Source of the DNA: Amoebidium appalachense | Lineage: Eukaryota; Protista; Ichthyosporea | Direction of reading: 5' to 3' | DNA length: 64,000 nucleotides | NCBI GenBank assembly: GCA_963693365.1 | Contig: CAVNZM010000015.1 | Coordinates: 2,542,001 to 2,606,000 of the forward strand | Shown: in pieces, positions 28,790-48,578 of the stretch | Layout of the letters: each line of letters starts with the position of its first letter | Numbering within the stretch: position 1 is the first letter of the stretch | Translations under genes and position numbers: made by a program | The notes under the pieces: generated by a model | Database searches by the model: none | What the model saw: only the letters and a program-made list of their open reading frames with translations | What the model was told of the DNA's origin: nothing

Positions 28790-31700
28790 TCTGATGCATG
28801 CATTCACAAGCACGGTGTCAGGCATGCATGCACCGTGCGTCACAGTGTGCATATGTATAGTGGTACTTTGCGCACGCATGGTACCGTGCGTGTGCATGCC
28901 TGGCACAATATGCATGTGTGGCACCTTGTGCCTGCATGTGCATGCCTGGCACTGTGTGCGTGTATGCCTGGTACTGTGTGCATGCATGGTACCCTGCGTG
29001 TGCATGCCTGGCACAATGTGCATATGTGAAGGCTTGTGCCTGCATGTGCATGCCTGGCACTGTGTCCGTGTATGCCTGGTACTGTTTGCATGCATGGCAC
29101 CGTGCGCCGTGTGCATGCCTGGCACAATATGCATATGTGGCACCTTTTGCCTGTGCATGCCTGGCACTGTGTGCATGTATGCCTGGTACTGTGTGCATGC
29201 ATGGTACCGTGCGTGTTCATGCCTGGCACGAGATGCGTGTGGCACCTTGCAACTGCATGTGAATGAGTGGAACTAGTTGTTACAGTATATGCCAGGTACT
29301 GTGTGCATGCATGGTACTGTGTGTACACGTGATACGATGCGCATGCATGCCTGGCACATTATGCATGTGTGGCACCTTTTGCCTGCATGTGCATGCCTGG
29401 CACTGTGTGCGTGCATGCCTGGTACTGTGTGCATGCATGGTATTGTGTGCACACATGGTAACTTGTGTATGCGTGCTTGGCACAATGGGGAGCGTTGCAT
29501 CGTACATGTGCGTGCCTGGAAACGTGAATGTATATGACTGGCACCGTGCACATGCTTGGCACCATCTGTGTTCATGCATGGCACCACACATGTGCACGGG
29601 CACCGTGCCTGCGCGCTGGCATACCTGGCCGACTGTGAGCAAGCACTATGTTCATGGAGTGGCACTGTGTGTACATAGACAGGCCTTCTGTGTGCATGCC
29701 CGGTACTGTGTGCATGCCTAATATTAGTACTGTGTACATGCCTGGTTCTGTGTGCGTGCCTGGCACCGTGGGCGTGCATTACTGGTACTGTGTGGATACC
29801 TCATACTGTGTGCATGGATGGCACCAAGGGTGTGCGTGCCTGGAACTGTGTGCATGCCTGGCACCGTGGGTGTGCATGGCATCGTGTGTGTCTGGCACCG
29901 TGGGTGTGCATGGTACTGTGTGCAAGCCTGGCACAGTGCATGCCTGGCACCCTGGGTGTGCATGCCTGGCACGGTGTGCATGCCTGGCACCCTGGGTGTG
30001 CATGCCTGGCACCCTGGGTGTGCATGCCTGGCACGGTGTGCATGCCTGGCACGGTGTGCATGCCTGGCACTGTGTGCATGCCTGGCTCTGTGTGCATGCC
30101 TGGCACTGTGTGCATGCCTGGTACTGTGTGCATGCCTGGGACCGTGGGTGTGCATGCCTGGTACAGTGTGCATGTCTGGTACGGTGTGCACGCCTGGCAT
30201 TGTGTGCATGCCTGGTACTGCGTGCATGCCTGGCACCGTGTGTGTGCATACCTGGTACGTGCTGTGTGCATGCCCGGTACTGTGCGTATGCATGAGCATC
30301 CCTGGTACGTGCATGCCAGGTACTGTGTGCATGCCTGGTACTGTGTGCATGCCAAGTACTGTGTGCATGCCTGGTACTGTGTGCATGCCTGGTTCTGTGT
30401 GCATGCCTGGCACCGTGGGTCACATGCCTGGTACTGTGTGCATGCCATGCCTCGTACTGTGTGCATGCCTGGCACTGTGTGCATGCCATGCCTGGTACTG
30501 CGTGCATGCCTGGCACCGTGTGTATGCATGCCTGGTACGTGCTGTGTGCATGCCCGGTACTATGCGTATGCATGAGCATCCCTGGTCCGTGAATGCCAGG
30601 TACTGTGTGCATGCCCGGTACTGTGTGCATGCCTGGTCTGTGTGCATGCCTGGCACTGTGGCAACGTGTGCATGCCTCATGTGTGCATGCCTGGCACTGT
30701 GTCCATGCCTCCTGTGTGCACATGCATGTCTGGTGCTGTGTGCATGCCTGGCACTGTGTGTGGGTGTGCATGCCTGGCACGGTGGGTGTGCATGCCTCCT
30801 GTGTGCATATGCTATGCATGTCTGGTACTGTGTGCATGCCCCCTGTGTGCATGTCTGGTACTTTGTGCATGCCTCCTGTGTGCATGCCTCATGTGTGCAT
30901 ATGCAAGTCTGGTACTGTGTGCATGTCCCCTGTGTTCATGTCTGGTACCTTGTGCATGCCTCCTGTGTGGATACCTCCTGTGTGCATGCCTCATGTGTGC
31001 ATGTGCATGTATGGTGCTGTGCGCATACCTGGCACTATGTGTGGGTGTGCATGCGTGGCACGGTGGGTGTGCATGCCCCCTGGGTGAATGCCTGGTACTG
31101 TGTGTATGGCTCCTGTGCATTCCTGGTTCTGTGTGCATACCTCCTGGGTGAATGCCTGGTACTGTGTGCATGGCTCCTGTGTGCATGCCTCGTTCTGTGT
31201 GCATGCCTTCCTTGGTGAATGCCTGGTACTGTGGGCACCCCTCCTGGGTGAATGCCTGGTGCTGTGTGCATAACTCCTGGGTGAATGCCTGGTACTGTGT
31301 GCATGGCTCCTGTGTGCATGCCTGGTAGTGTGCATGTCTGGCACCGTGGCAGTTGATGCAGGCTGTCACCGTGAGCATGCATGCCTGGTACGGTGGGTGT
31401 GGATGGCTCATGTGTGCATGCCTGGTACTGTGTGCATGCCCGGTACTGTCACGTGACATGCCTGGCACTGTGTGCATGCCTGGCACTGTGTGCATGCCTG
31501 GCACTGTGTGCATGCCTGGCACTGTGTGCATGCCTGGCACTGTGTGCATGCCTGGCACCGTGTGCATGCCTGGCACCGTGTGCATGCCTGAGCATGCCTG
31601 GCACAGTGGGTGTGCATGCCTGGCACTGTTTGCATGACTGGTACGGTGTGTGTGCCCGGTACTGTGTGCATGCCATGCCTGGCAGTTTGTGCATGCCTGG

Positions 31701-31960
31701 CACTGTGTGCACGCCTGACACTGTGCATGCCTGAGCATGCCTGGCACAGTGGGCGTGCATGCCTGGCACTGTGTGCATGCCTGGTACGGTGTGCATGCAT
31801 TGGCCTGGTACTGTGTGCATGCCATGCCTGGTACGGTGTGCATGCATTGGCCTGGTACGGTGTGCATGCCATGCCTGGTACTGTGTGCATGCCATGCCTG
31901 GTACTGTGTACATGCCATGCCTGGTACTGTGTCCATGCTGTTACACATGCCATGCTTGGT
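28790..31960. repeat. ~3.2-kb satellite with 18-bp core (GCACTGTGTGCATGCCTG)
   Basis: Well over a hundred degenerate copies of CATGCCTGG(C/T)AC(T/G)GTGTG. Cleanest run at ~31460-31590; degenerate at both edges. Confidence 0.92.
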
Positions 31961-33533
31961 ATTTTGTGCACGCCTGGGGATAATGCGGAACATGGTGTGG
32001 ATGCACCGAGGCCCTGCACTAGACGAAGGATCTGTATTTGGCAAAATGGCAAAGAAATTTCCACTGCTGCAGCACCTGCCAACCCCTTCCCCCCCCCCCC
32101 CCCCTCCTCCCCCCAATCCCCCCAACCTCTTTCTGCAGGTCTTCAGATCAAGAGCTGTCCATCCTCCTGGGTGTTGCCAAACCACTCTTCATCCCCTCCC
32201 CTCCTCCGGATCCCCCCCCCCCCCCCCCTCCCCCCCCCGTGTGCCTGGGCCATCGCATCGTCCTTTCCATGCAACCCTTCTCCCCCTCCCCCCCGTCCTC
32301 CCCCCCCCCCCCCCCCCCCCTGCCGCCCTCCTCGCACGTCTATGATCCCCCGTCTCCGCGCTCTCTGCGCATGCCCCCTCATGCCTGGCGGCCCTACACA
32401 CATCTTTCACTGTTTAGATCCTCCCTGCCCTCCCAGCGGCTGCCATGCGGTGAGACATCATGATTCCCCATTTTGATTGGCCGCGCCTTTAAAACTACAC
32501 AACTCCCTGTGCTGCAATCGTGCATGCATGACCACAGCACGTGCTCGTCATGTGGGGGCCAGCCAGGTCGTCACAAACTCGGCAAGGCCCTGGCTGCCTG
32601 CACACCGCACACGTGTACACGTAGGCTGCATGAGGTCAAAAAATGGGGCATAGGCATAGCCCAAGGCACGTGCCCACACACCCTTTCTGGTGTGATCTAA
32701 TGTATGCCCGTGGGAGATTTAAACGTAACGTTAGACCCACACTTCCGCTGCCGTAAATCCTCACGGTTCCATGGCTGAACATAATGACATGTGCAGCCGA
32801 ATGTATTCATGGGGGTGTGCATGCTACATATGCGCATGGGTGGCGTCCCAGGGTAACCGTCGGGAGGTCTCCATGGGGGGTGGGGGGGCAGGGCACACAT
32901 GCACTTGGAAGCCGCCCACCGATTCTGGCAACTGACCCAGTCACAGCCAAAATATCAGACATGGCCTGCCGCATGCCTTCCAAGAACAGCCAGAGTGGGA
33001 AACTTCCACCATCCATCCATCGTCTGAGGTTGTGGGTGCGAGTTACCCACGGGTATGTGCTTACGGGGATCCTGGATGAAGCTTTTGCAGGGCACACTAT
33101 AGCAGATGTCAAGAATAACAGCCCTATGTCAAAATGGTCGGTACCGCACACAATGCATCAGTTCTGCCGCGCTCTGCACGTGGTAAAGTTTTCCATTTAT
33201 GGGCATACACCACATAGGCATGCACGTGGGTGTGTTACAGCACAACACCTAGATGTTACGTGTGTGCACCACAAATAAAAGCCGTCAAATTCAAAAGGCA
33301 CCACAAATTCTTTCTCAGGATGTACAATCTAATTGATCAATTTTCGGTTTTAGGATCTCAATTTCTATCTTATTATAATTTTATTGCCGGTCACGTACGT
33401 AGAGAAGAGAGAAGACGAAAGAGATACATGTTCAAAATGACTAGCACCCAAGCACCCACACATTCATTCCACTACCCTCCCTCCCTCCCCCCCCCCCCCC
33501 CTCCCCCCCATTTCCCCATATCCACATTAAATC

Positions 33534-33866
33534 TTATGCCGCCAGTTGTGGTGGCAGCACCTCAAACTGTTGCATAAACAGAGCATACGGCATGGCCACC
33601 AGCTGTCTAGGCCTAGCATTATACAGGTCTCTTTGTGTGACGTAATGCCTGCTGGCTGGGCGCAAGCAAGCACTGGTCTTGTGGGTGTGCCAGTGCTGTG
33701 TGCGGCAGTTCATGCCGCAGTAGGCCACCCCAAAACACACGGGGCACAGCTCCATGGCACCATCCCCCCCCTTGCCGCAGTGCCCGCACGTGCGCTGCTC
33801 CAACCTGCATCCCCACCCCCAAGCACATCAGGTCCCTATCCCCACCCTGGTGCCACCCCTGCACAA

Positions 33867-33936
<70 letters not shown>

Positions 33937-35465
33937 GCACGGGTGCACCTTTCACCCCCCTCTCCCCCCCCTCCCCCACCAACCCCCAAAGCTCTCTTAG
34001 CACACCTTTCCTTTTATCAAGTCCCCCTCCCCCCCCTCCACATTCCACACACACAGTCCCCCCCCCCCCCCCCCCTCCACACCCCACACACACAGTCCCC
34101 CCCCCCCCCCCACACACACACACATCCCTCCCCCGTTCCCCACCGTTCACACCTGCTTGTGTAGCATTTATGCTCAACACTGAGGCACTCGCGCCATCCC
34201 AGCCACAGACACCTTCTCCCTTTCATACGTGCCGGGCCACCTCTCTCTCCCCCCCCCCTTCTTTACCTCGTGCACCTTACACAGAGACACAAGCCCCTTC
34301 CCCCTTCACTTACTCCTCCCCTCCACTTACAGCCCATGCCCCCCCCCCCCCCCCCCCCCCCCCCCTCCCCCCAAACCCTCCTTCAAGTCCCTATGGCATC
34401 TCATAAATAAGAAGACAACCCCCCCCCCCCTCCGCCCCTCTCCTCCTGTCCCACCTCAAAAACTAGCCCCCCCCGCCTCCCCCCCCCCCCCCCCGCCCCC
34501 CGTGGCCCTCTCTCACTCCCCATGCAGCCTATGGGCCCCCTCGCTTTCTCCTCCCCTCTTCTCCTCCCCACCTCCCCCCACCCCGGTCCCAGTGGCATCT
34601 CAAAAAAACACACGCGACAAAAATCCCCCCCATCCCCCCCCCCCTCCCTCCCCCCTGCCCCACCTCAACAACTACCCCATCCCCCACCCCCCGCCTCCGT
34701 GTCTCCCAAAATGCTCTGTCATACACACACACACACCAGTCCCCATGCTACCACAAACGTTTATACGGTACCCAACCCCCCTCCCCCCTCCCCTCCCCCC
34801 TTCCCCTCCATCCCACCCCCCTATCCCCCACACAAAAAAGTTCCGCACCCACACCACACCACCCTTCCCTCCAGCACACACCTGAGGACACTTGGGAACC
34901 TGTCCGGTGCATACGAGTCCATGGGCACCACATCTGTGCTTGCTCCGTCCAGCACGTGCGCAAGCAGTGCCCATGCCAGCGGTTTAGTCTCAAAGAAGGG
35001 ACTGTACTGCTGCAGGTGCTGTAGCTGTGCCTCCATCCCCCTCACGGGCACACACAGCGCCCTACGCGCCTCCTGCGCAAGCGCATCCCAATCCGAGCAC
35101 TCGGGCGTGTCGTATATCCGCGTGAACCACACAAGTGTCCCCAAAACGTTGTATTGTGTGTCTCGACCTACCCCCAGGCGAACGCTGTGTCCTAGCAATT
35201 GATCAAGCAGTGCACGCCCTAGTGCTCCGCTCTTTGCAAAGTCTACAAAGCCCTTCAACACGGCTGTGTTTATGCTTACACGAAACAGGGCCCCTGTTAG
35301 GTTTATCCTGTGCGTCTCGTCTAGGCTGGGTGTTGCTAGCTGCTGGAAAACTTCCGTGAGCGTGAGTTCGGTGCCTGTGGGTGTGTATGCTGTGTTGAAC
35401 CTCTGTGCGAACTGCCGTTGTGTGTCGGGTTGAAGTTGCTGCTGTGTGCCGGATAACATTTTCAT
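33534..35465 (-). CDS. MYND-type zinc-finger protein, 2 exons, ~284 aa, with uncharacterised N-terminal domain
   Basis: Exons 35465-34882 and 33804-33534 (GT-AG, phase 2). C-terminal CGHC...CPVC...YCGMNCRTQHW..HK..C matches the MYND pattern CxxC..CxxC..YCxxxCQxxxWxxHxxxC. Confidence 0.85.
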
Positions 35466-36265
35466 GAGGTGTTTGTCCGTGCAAGCGGATCACATCGATT
35501 GGCTTAGGGAGGTGGATGAGGACGGTAATATGGGAGTGCCGAGAAAAGGCTTGTGTGCTGTGTGCTTTGTGCTGTTAGTATAGATGGTTGCCTAAGGTGG
35601 CAGACGTTGTAAGGCTATGGAGAGCAGCAAGGTCACGTGGGGGGCTGGAGGAATTTAACGGTGTATGTCTGTGCACTTGTCCATGTACTATGCGTATTAC
35701 TGTAGCCACAAAACTGGTTAGGGGTGTGTGAGCTTGTGTTTCTACGGAATGATAATATTGCTGGGGCCTACGCTAAAAAAAACAAAAAAAAGCATAGTTG
35801 GCTTCCGTGCCACACGTGAAACTATAAGCTCTTTTGAAATGCGCGCTGCAGCTGGTGCGTAGATCAAGGCCTCCTACTCTCACAGCAGGCCTTGGCGAAG
35901 ATAGGATTTGATGTGGGGTTGTACGAATGTTCGCCAGCGACTAAACGATCACGTCAGCCAAGTTGCGTCTGTCCGAACATACCAAACCTTGTCAAAGCAC
36001 CGCGCCCCCTTTGTTTTGTTCAAGGCGCACAGCACACGAGACTTACAACTGAGTACTTGAGGTGTTTGATGCCTAAGCGTGCACGGCCTCACGATTAACT
36101 TGCGCAGGCCTTTAACCCTTACCTACTACATAGCCACCAGAGTGCGCATGTTTTGTGCGGGGCATCCTGGCAGAGATTAAAAGGTGCAGAGTGCATGTTC
36201 ACAACCACTAGCTACAATTCACTATCCCTACACGCTCGCCATCCGTATAAGCACCTTAAAGCATC

Positions 36266-42311
<6,046 letters not shown>

Positions 42312-43482
42312 ATGGCCCCGGGGCCAAAAATTCCTGGTGTCCTGCAGCGTGGGAGTTGCTCGACTTCATTTTAAAAGCTGTTATCGCCAATGCCCCCCCC
42401 GAGCCTCGAATTGGCAAGTTTTTTCTTTTCTCAGTGAATATATTCTAGTCTCTCTCTTTTTCTTTAGTAATTAGTTTTATTTAAATTTTGTTAAAGCTCA
42501 AAAAGATTTTGCAGCACAATTGCGCTGGCTATGTACATGACACGTTCAGCCCGCAACTTTCCTTTTGATCAGACAGCATTTTTTTGTATCAAATCAGCAG
42601 CTTTGCCTCGCTTTGCTTGTGAATGGGCTTCATCAATCGCTGGCCATCATCACGATGGGTGATCGGCCGTGACAAGCAAGACGGCCGGACACGTTGACTT
42701 AGCACTTTGATAGACCCATGTACAAATGTTATCTCTATGGCTGGTTTTTTTCGCCAAGAGGGCCTACATGCAGGCGGCCCAAACTGTGAATCGATAAGTG
42801 GCCATTAAGCAACATGTGATTTTCTGTCTTTGCCTTGCAGTGGGGCACACAACTACATGCATCAAAGATTAATTATGGGCTGGGTGGCTGGACCTCTGCC
42901 GCAAGGAGCATTGCATCCCTTTGTGATGCTTTTGAGTAAGCTCATTTTAGCTGGCTACGGCGCGCGGTGAATGTGCTGCAAGCGCCAGGCTTGACTTCGG
43001 GCCCATCACCTGTGGTTTTGCATGCCATTCGGACACATCTACAGTGTACACAGGGATCGTGTGTCGCAAGCCGCGGTTCGTTATGCCCATTATGCATGCA
43101 TGTGCACTGCCACCACACTCACCCCAACACATGTAAACGGAGCTTACATGCCAATCAATGTAAGTACGTTCATGCATCCGTTAGCTCATGGAAACTTTCT
43201 CACCAACACCACCCTGCGAGAACCGGCCGAGTTGGCGGAGGTCGCTTGTTGGCAGCTGGCAGGGAGCCGGACACTGTCTATGATGATATTGCCCCTATTA
43301 AATAGCATGTATTTTTGGTTCAGCTATTTGATTGGTTCAGAATGGGCAATAAGCCGTAGTTGGATTGCGTTGCTGGGCAAAAAGGCAGCGTCCGTGAGAA
43401 ATGAGAACGGCCAGCCGTTCCAATTTCCCTTTTTTTTCGGGTCCAAGTTTTTTGCTGTGACAACTTGTTAACACTCTTTAAA

Positions 43483-46400
43483 ATGAGGTCTATCGTGGCA
43501 GCACTTGTGGTCGCGCTGGCCTGCTGCGCCAACGGTGAGTTTGTTAGCTTTATTCTTTCCCTTCCGTTTCTGAAGGCTTATGCAATCAACCCTTTACGAC
43601 AACCACAACCCCACAATGTTGGTGTTTCAAAGGTTTTTGGTTGTGGTGCCTATATGCGGAGGGATGTGGGGACAGATGTTTTCGGTTCTGTCAATAACAC
43701 TATACGTATACGCGCAGGGCTGAAGGTCAAGAGCCACAAGGCGTACGGCACCAAGGAGGAGATCACGTCAGACAAGACCGCCCTCTCCCTGCAGTTTGCC
43801 CTGGACCAGCAGGTGTGTGTGCGCGAAGTGATTCAATGTTGGCCTAGGTGGGCTTAGAGAGGTCTAGGGCAAGAGATGGTGGCATTATAAGGGGAGTTTT
43901 TTGGGTAGAAAACGCATAGTATGGTGTGTTGGATAGAGGGTAGGGGGTGTGGTACAGGGGAATGGTAGCGAGGGCCTGTCTCATGCCCCCTTCCCATTTT
44001 GTAGGCCTGAGTGAGGGGGAGAGGTGGGAGAGGGAGGGGGGTCGGGGTGATACCTGAGCCCTGGCATGGCTCTCTGCACCTGCCTGGTTTGGGTGGAATT
44101 GTTCTGGTAGCAGGGTGTCGGTTGTGCCCTGGTACTTGCGTAGTTTGCCCCTGCTTACAGTCCACATGTACGGATATGCACACCCACCACAGCGAAGGGC
44201 ACACACACACAAACACAACACCCACCTTGCTTCTACACGTGCAGGAGTCCGTATGCACCAGCATATAGAAAGTACAGTGCAGTGCCGCAATACCCACGGC
44301 CAAGTACACACGTGCACGCGACACCGACCACACACACATGCACAAACACACACACGCACACACGCACACGCACACGCACACATGCACACGCAATCGCGCG
44401 CCTGTGCATCGACACATCTCCACGCGAACACCTACAGCGCATGCGTGCGCATAACGCGAAGGGTCTACGTACCACGTAAGCTGATAGAGTGTTGTGCTGC
44501 ATCTTTGTGACGGGGCTGCTTGTCCCTTTTGTTTGCTGGGCACTTTAGCTTCCAGACCACCTACAGTGGGCCTAGACTATAAATAGCCTACATAGGGGTG
44601 TTAGGGGGATGTCTTTCCCCAGGCACCCAACTAACCCGGTGCACTACACATTTTGCGGCCCCCCCCCCCCCCCCCCCCCCTTCACCCCCTTTCAAAAGGT
44701 TAGGCTCTACCTATGATTCATACTTTTTGCGCATGCTGTCACATGCAGGAACTGCTTTGCAATGTCCTTCGTGAATGCATGACATCATATTCCCCAGCGC
44801 ATTCTAACCCTTCCCCTTCCCCCCCCCCCCCCCCCCAACTTCGTACCCTGCACCACATTCTAACCCCTCCCTCCTCCCCAAACAGGACCAGGAGCTGTAT
44901 GCGGATATTGATGGTGTTTTGTCCCCCGTGGCCTGCTCCGGCGCCTCCTACCAGGTGGGTCCCTGCATTTGCCTCTTGCTGTGTGTGGCCAATGATGGCC
45001 GTCGCTATGATTGGCTTCTTATTTAATGGTGTCGGTTTAATTGCTGGCAGCTGGGAATATGCTTTGTTTGGAGGAGGCTTGGAGAGATATGTTCTGGACT
45101 TTGAGGGGGAGAGGGGGGGGGGGGGGGGGGGTTGTTTGGAACACGCAAGGGATGAGGGGAGGGGGATGTAGCGGGGGGAGGGGGGGGAAGGCTTGTCTTA
45201 TGTGGAGGTGTTGATTGAGCACTTTGTGGTTCTTCTAAGGCCACCGTCATGTGCAAGTGGTGGCTTTTTATTGCAGGTGTGTTTTTTTTTGTAAGTGCAT
45301 GCAGTATTTGTGTTCTCTTCTGACTGGTGCTTTGATGGGGAATGGTTGGGTGAGATGGAGCTCCTTGTGTATACCTCCTTTTTGCAGTTGTTTGGCCCCT
45401 CTCAATGCAACCATCACTTATAATGTGTCGTGCACATTAAACCACTAGGCAAGGAGGTGATCAGGTGTGACCGGAATGGATGGTTGTTTTGTGTGGTGGA
45501 GGGGGAGGTTTGCGCTCTACGGTGCACGTGTTTGGGCGGGTGGGTGGGGGGGGGGGGGGGAGGGGGGGGGGGGGGGGGGGGGCGCTGCTAGCGGAAGCAT
45601 CAGCACTATACTATGCCGGATCTGGCTGATATATGCATGCCGGTTACTTTCTATCGCTGTGTGCATGTTGTTGTGTTTGGGTTCAGGGCTGTTTCCTAGG
45701 CTCTACCTGAATTCCTTCTCCTCTTAGACACAACACACTACCTTCACCCCTTCTGGCTTTGTGCCCGATGGCATGTGCTCTCTTACTGCTGCATGGTCTG
45801 GTTTAGGCCCCTGCACGTGCCTCTGTGCATGTGTCGTGTACATGCAGCCATTATAGGGTGTACATGCCAGTCAACTCACGGACATGTGGAGCCCCTCACT
45901 GACCCATGCATGGGACGTGTGTCGTTGGTGCCGTTGCTGTTGTTTACTACCCATGTGTGTGCCTCTTCATGTGCCTTGCCTGCTCTTGCACTGATGGGGG
46001 GGTATATGGTGTATTGACGTGTACACGTGCAGGTGAGCTGGGTGCTGCCATACGACCAGGTAAAGGTTGGTGACCACACCGTGGCACTCTACACAAAGGA
46101 CGGATATGCCGCCCTCAAGAAGGTGTGGTTGTGTGTGTGCCTGTGGGTGGGTGGGTGGGTGGGTGGACGGGTGTGCATGTGCGCATGGCTAGGCACCCTG
46201 TGCACGTGTTTGTACTTGTGTTGGTGGTAGCGGGATGTTGAAGGTACCTATGGGGTTGATGGCTGTGCGGGGATGCACGGTGCAGCAGCCAAAAACGTTG
46301 GAGATGGGAATGGTGTGTTGGGTGGTTGTAAGTTAGCACTAAGCGTAGCCCGTTTTCTTTTTTTTTTTTCTTTCTTTCTTTCTTTCTTTTTTTTTTTGTG

Positions 46401-46893
46401 TGTGTGTGTGTGTGTGTGTGCGTGCGTGCGTGTTTGGGGGGGGGGGGGGGGGGGGGGGGGTTGGTTTGGTGTGGCTGTAACCAGTCGTTTTCAGGTCTTC
46501 CTGGTGTGTGATTGGGCGGTATTTTGATTGTGCGTGATTGGGATGTACCGCGGGTGTGTGTAGCGTCCCCGTGCAGAGGATGTAGCGCCTGCATGTGGAC
46601 TTCTAGGCAATTTACTGCTACACTACCCTCTTTTTCCTGCCTTTTCTAATGGGCGGCATGCAGGATATGTCAATAATCGTTTAGTCTTGCATTCTAAACC
46701 CACTGTGTGCACACAGTACCGGGCGGAGGGTGAGGGTGAGCAGCCCAAGCCAGTTGAGACGTTCAATGTGCCTCATGCGGGTGTGGCCAAGACCGACTTC
46801 CCCGTGCCCCTCTCGGCCGTGGCCGTGGTGGGCTCCATTGCCGCATTTGCCCTCGTCAAGAGCACCGTAAACACCATCACCGCCACCGATTAG
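43483..46893 (+). CDS. SSR4: Translocon-associated protein subunit delta (TRAP-delta), 5 exons, ~160 aa
   Basis: Exons 43483-43534, 43718-43812, 44886-44954, 46033-46122, 46717-46893. Signal peptide MRSIVAALVVALACCA; LYADIDG...YQVSW...V.LY..DGYAALKK...F.V.H.G and a single C-terminal TM helix resemble SSR4 (LYA.V.G...YQVSW...ESYSLLRK...V.HRG). Confidence 0.82.
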
Positions 46894-47401
46894 AATAGAA
46901 GAATTAATAGAATGGGTGCATGTGCGGCCCTTGATACGTGAATGATAATGCAAATAAACGTGTGTTTTTCCTGATGGTTCCTGAAGGTGTCGGCTGATAT
47001 AGCAGTGTGGGCATGGCGGGGTGGGGTGTGTGTACACATATCCTGACACACTTGTTTCAGCCTGCAGCTGTTCCCACCGTCCAATGTGCTGCCTGAAAAT
47101 ACTTCCTCTTTCACTGGGGCCCGGACCTTGTGTGGATTATTGGGTGCACGCATGCACGTGTGGAATCGAGTTTTATTTTTTGTCAAAGTTTGCCACAGTT
47201 ACGGCGCTCTCTTGGCTTTTTTTTTGCTCTTTCGGCGGTGATCATGATCAGTAGCCGCGCCCATGATTTTCCACCCTCCATCTGCACCCTTTTCAACTTC
47301 ACATACCTTCTTCTTTTTGGTTGGTTTTGGATTTGTGTGTACGGGCGTGTGTGTGTGTGTGTGTGTGTGCTTTTTTTTTGTTTGTTTGTGTGTGCCTGTG
47401 T

Positions 47402-47473
<72 letters not shown>

Positions 47474-47617
47474 ATAGAAGCTAGAGTCTCTTAAGAGCCG
47501 TCGCTCGTGAAGTACTCGCATCTACTCTTTACAATTATGCTTTCCATAGTACTAAATTCCTTGCTTACATTTTAAGATTCTTATTAAGTCCATAAATTTC
47601 AATTTCAGACCTCTAAA

Positions 47618-48006
47618 ACTCCAAAATTGACATTTTTTCGGATGTCTGGATTTAAGTTTTGTATTTTCATCTTATATCCTGACGAAAGCTTCAAATAAGA
47701 GTAGAGTAGAGAGGAGAACAAAGAACTCCAGGTTGGTCCCCGCCGCTCACGTGCCTACAACTATCAAATTCCTGGGACCTCCTAAAGCTTTTGGTACCAA
47801 ACTTCAGTTGAAAGGCTAAAAGTGGATGATCTAATCAATCATGTATGGTAAATAGTCAAAAGATGATCGAAAGAGAAATGAAATATCGCGGATCCAGAAA
47901 AGTAAGATGTGATATAAATTACTCCAAAATTGACATTTTTCCGGATTTCTGGATTTAGGATTTTAAATTTCTCCTTATATCCCGACAAAAGCTTGGAATA
48001 AGAGAG
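47618..48006. repeat. AT-rich ~85-bp diverged direct repeat pair, probable transposon remnant
   Basis: ACTCCAAAATTGACATTTTT.CGGAT.TCTGGATTTA...CTTATATCC.GAC.AAAGCTT..AATAAGAG at 47618-47701 and 47921-48004, flanked by long G runs. Confidence 0.65.
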
Positions 48007-48013
48007 GGCCGCA

Positions 48014-48056
<43 letters not shown>

Positions 48057-48578
48057 TCGCTGATTGGCCAACAGACGCGCCAAAATATATGGGCACCTTA
48101 GGGGCGACATTTGATTGGACGGGGTAAGTTGCCTCGATCACGGCTAACCTACACGTGCAAAGCTATTTTTCTTTTTCTTTTTTTTTGAAAAGATGGCCTT
48201 TATATAGCTACTGCTACTAAGGTGAGAAACACACGGTACAGCACACTCAAGCATAGCCGAGCCCACTGTGGCACGCATAGGAACTTCACACGCGTTTATT
48301 ATTGGCGAACACCGAACAGGCTTCGCGGACCCGCTGAGTGAAGTGATGGTGCAGTGGACATGTTTTTAGGTTCGAACACAACCTGAGTCAGACAGATGTG
48401 AGGCCCAGGTGTCTGTTCATACAGGTTTGCCCGCGAAAATAAACCAGCGGCAGCCTACTTCCACACAACCGGACGACAACCTAACTCTTTTGAACGGAAT
48501 CACACATCCGCTGGCACGTGCCTGCACATCATCTGCACATACATAGTCACGTAAAACATTAGAAAACATCACCTCAGC

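Noticed and set aside
33150-33200. In-frame TGA before CIVC on the minus strand (possible selenocysteine)
   Set aside because: No recognisable selenoprotein family and no SECIS identified; the reading frame itself is unsupported.
42500-43471. ORFs of 76-149 aa between the cyclodeaminase gene and SSR4
   Set aside because: No recognisable motifs or consistent splice pattern; likely intergenic or promoter sequence.
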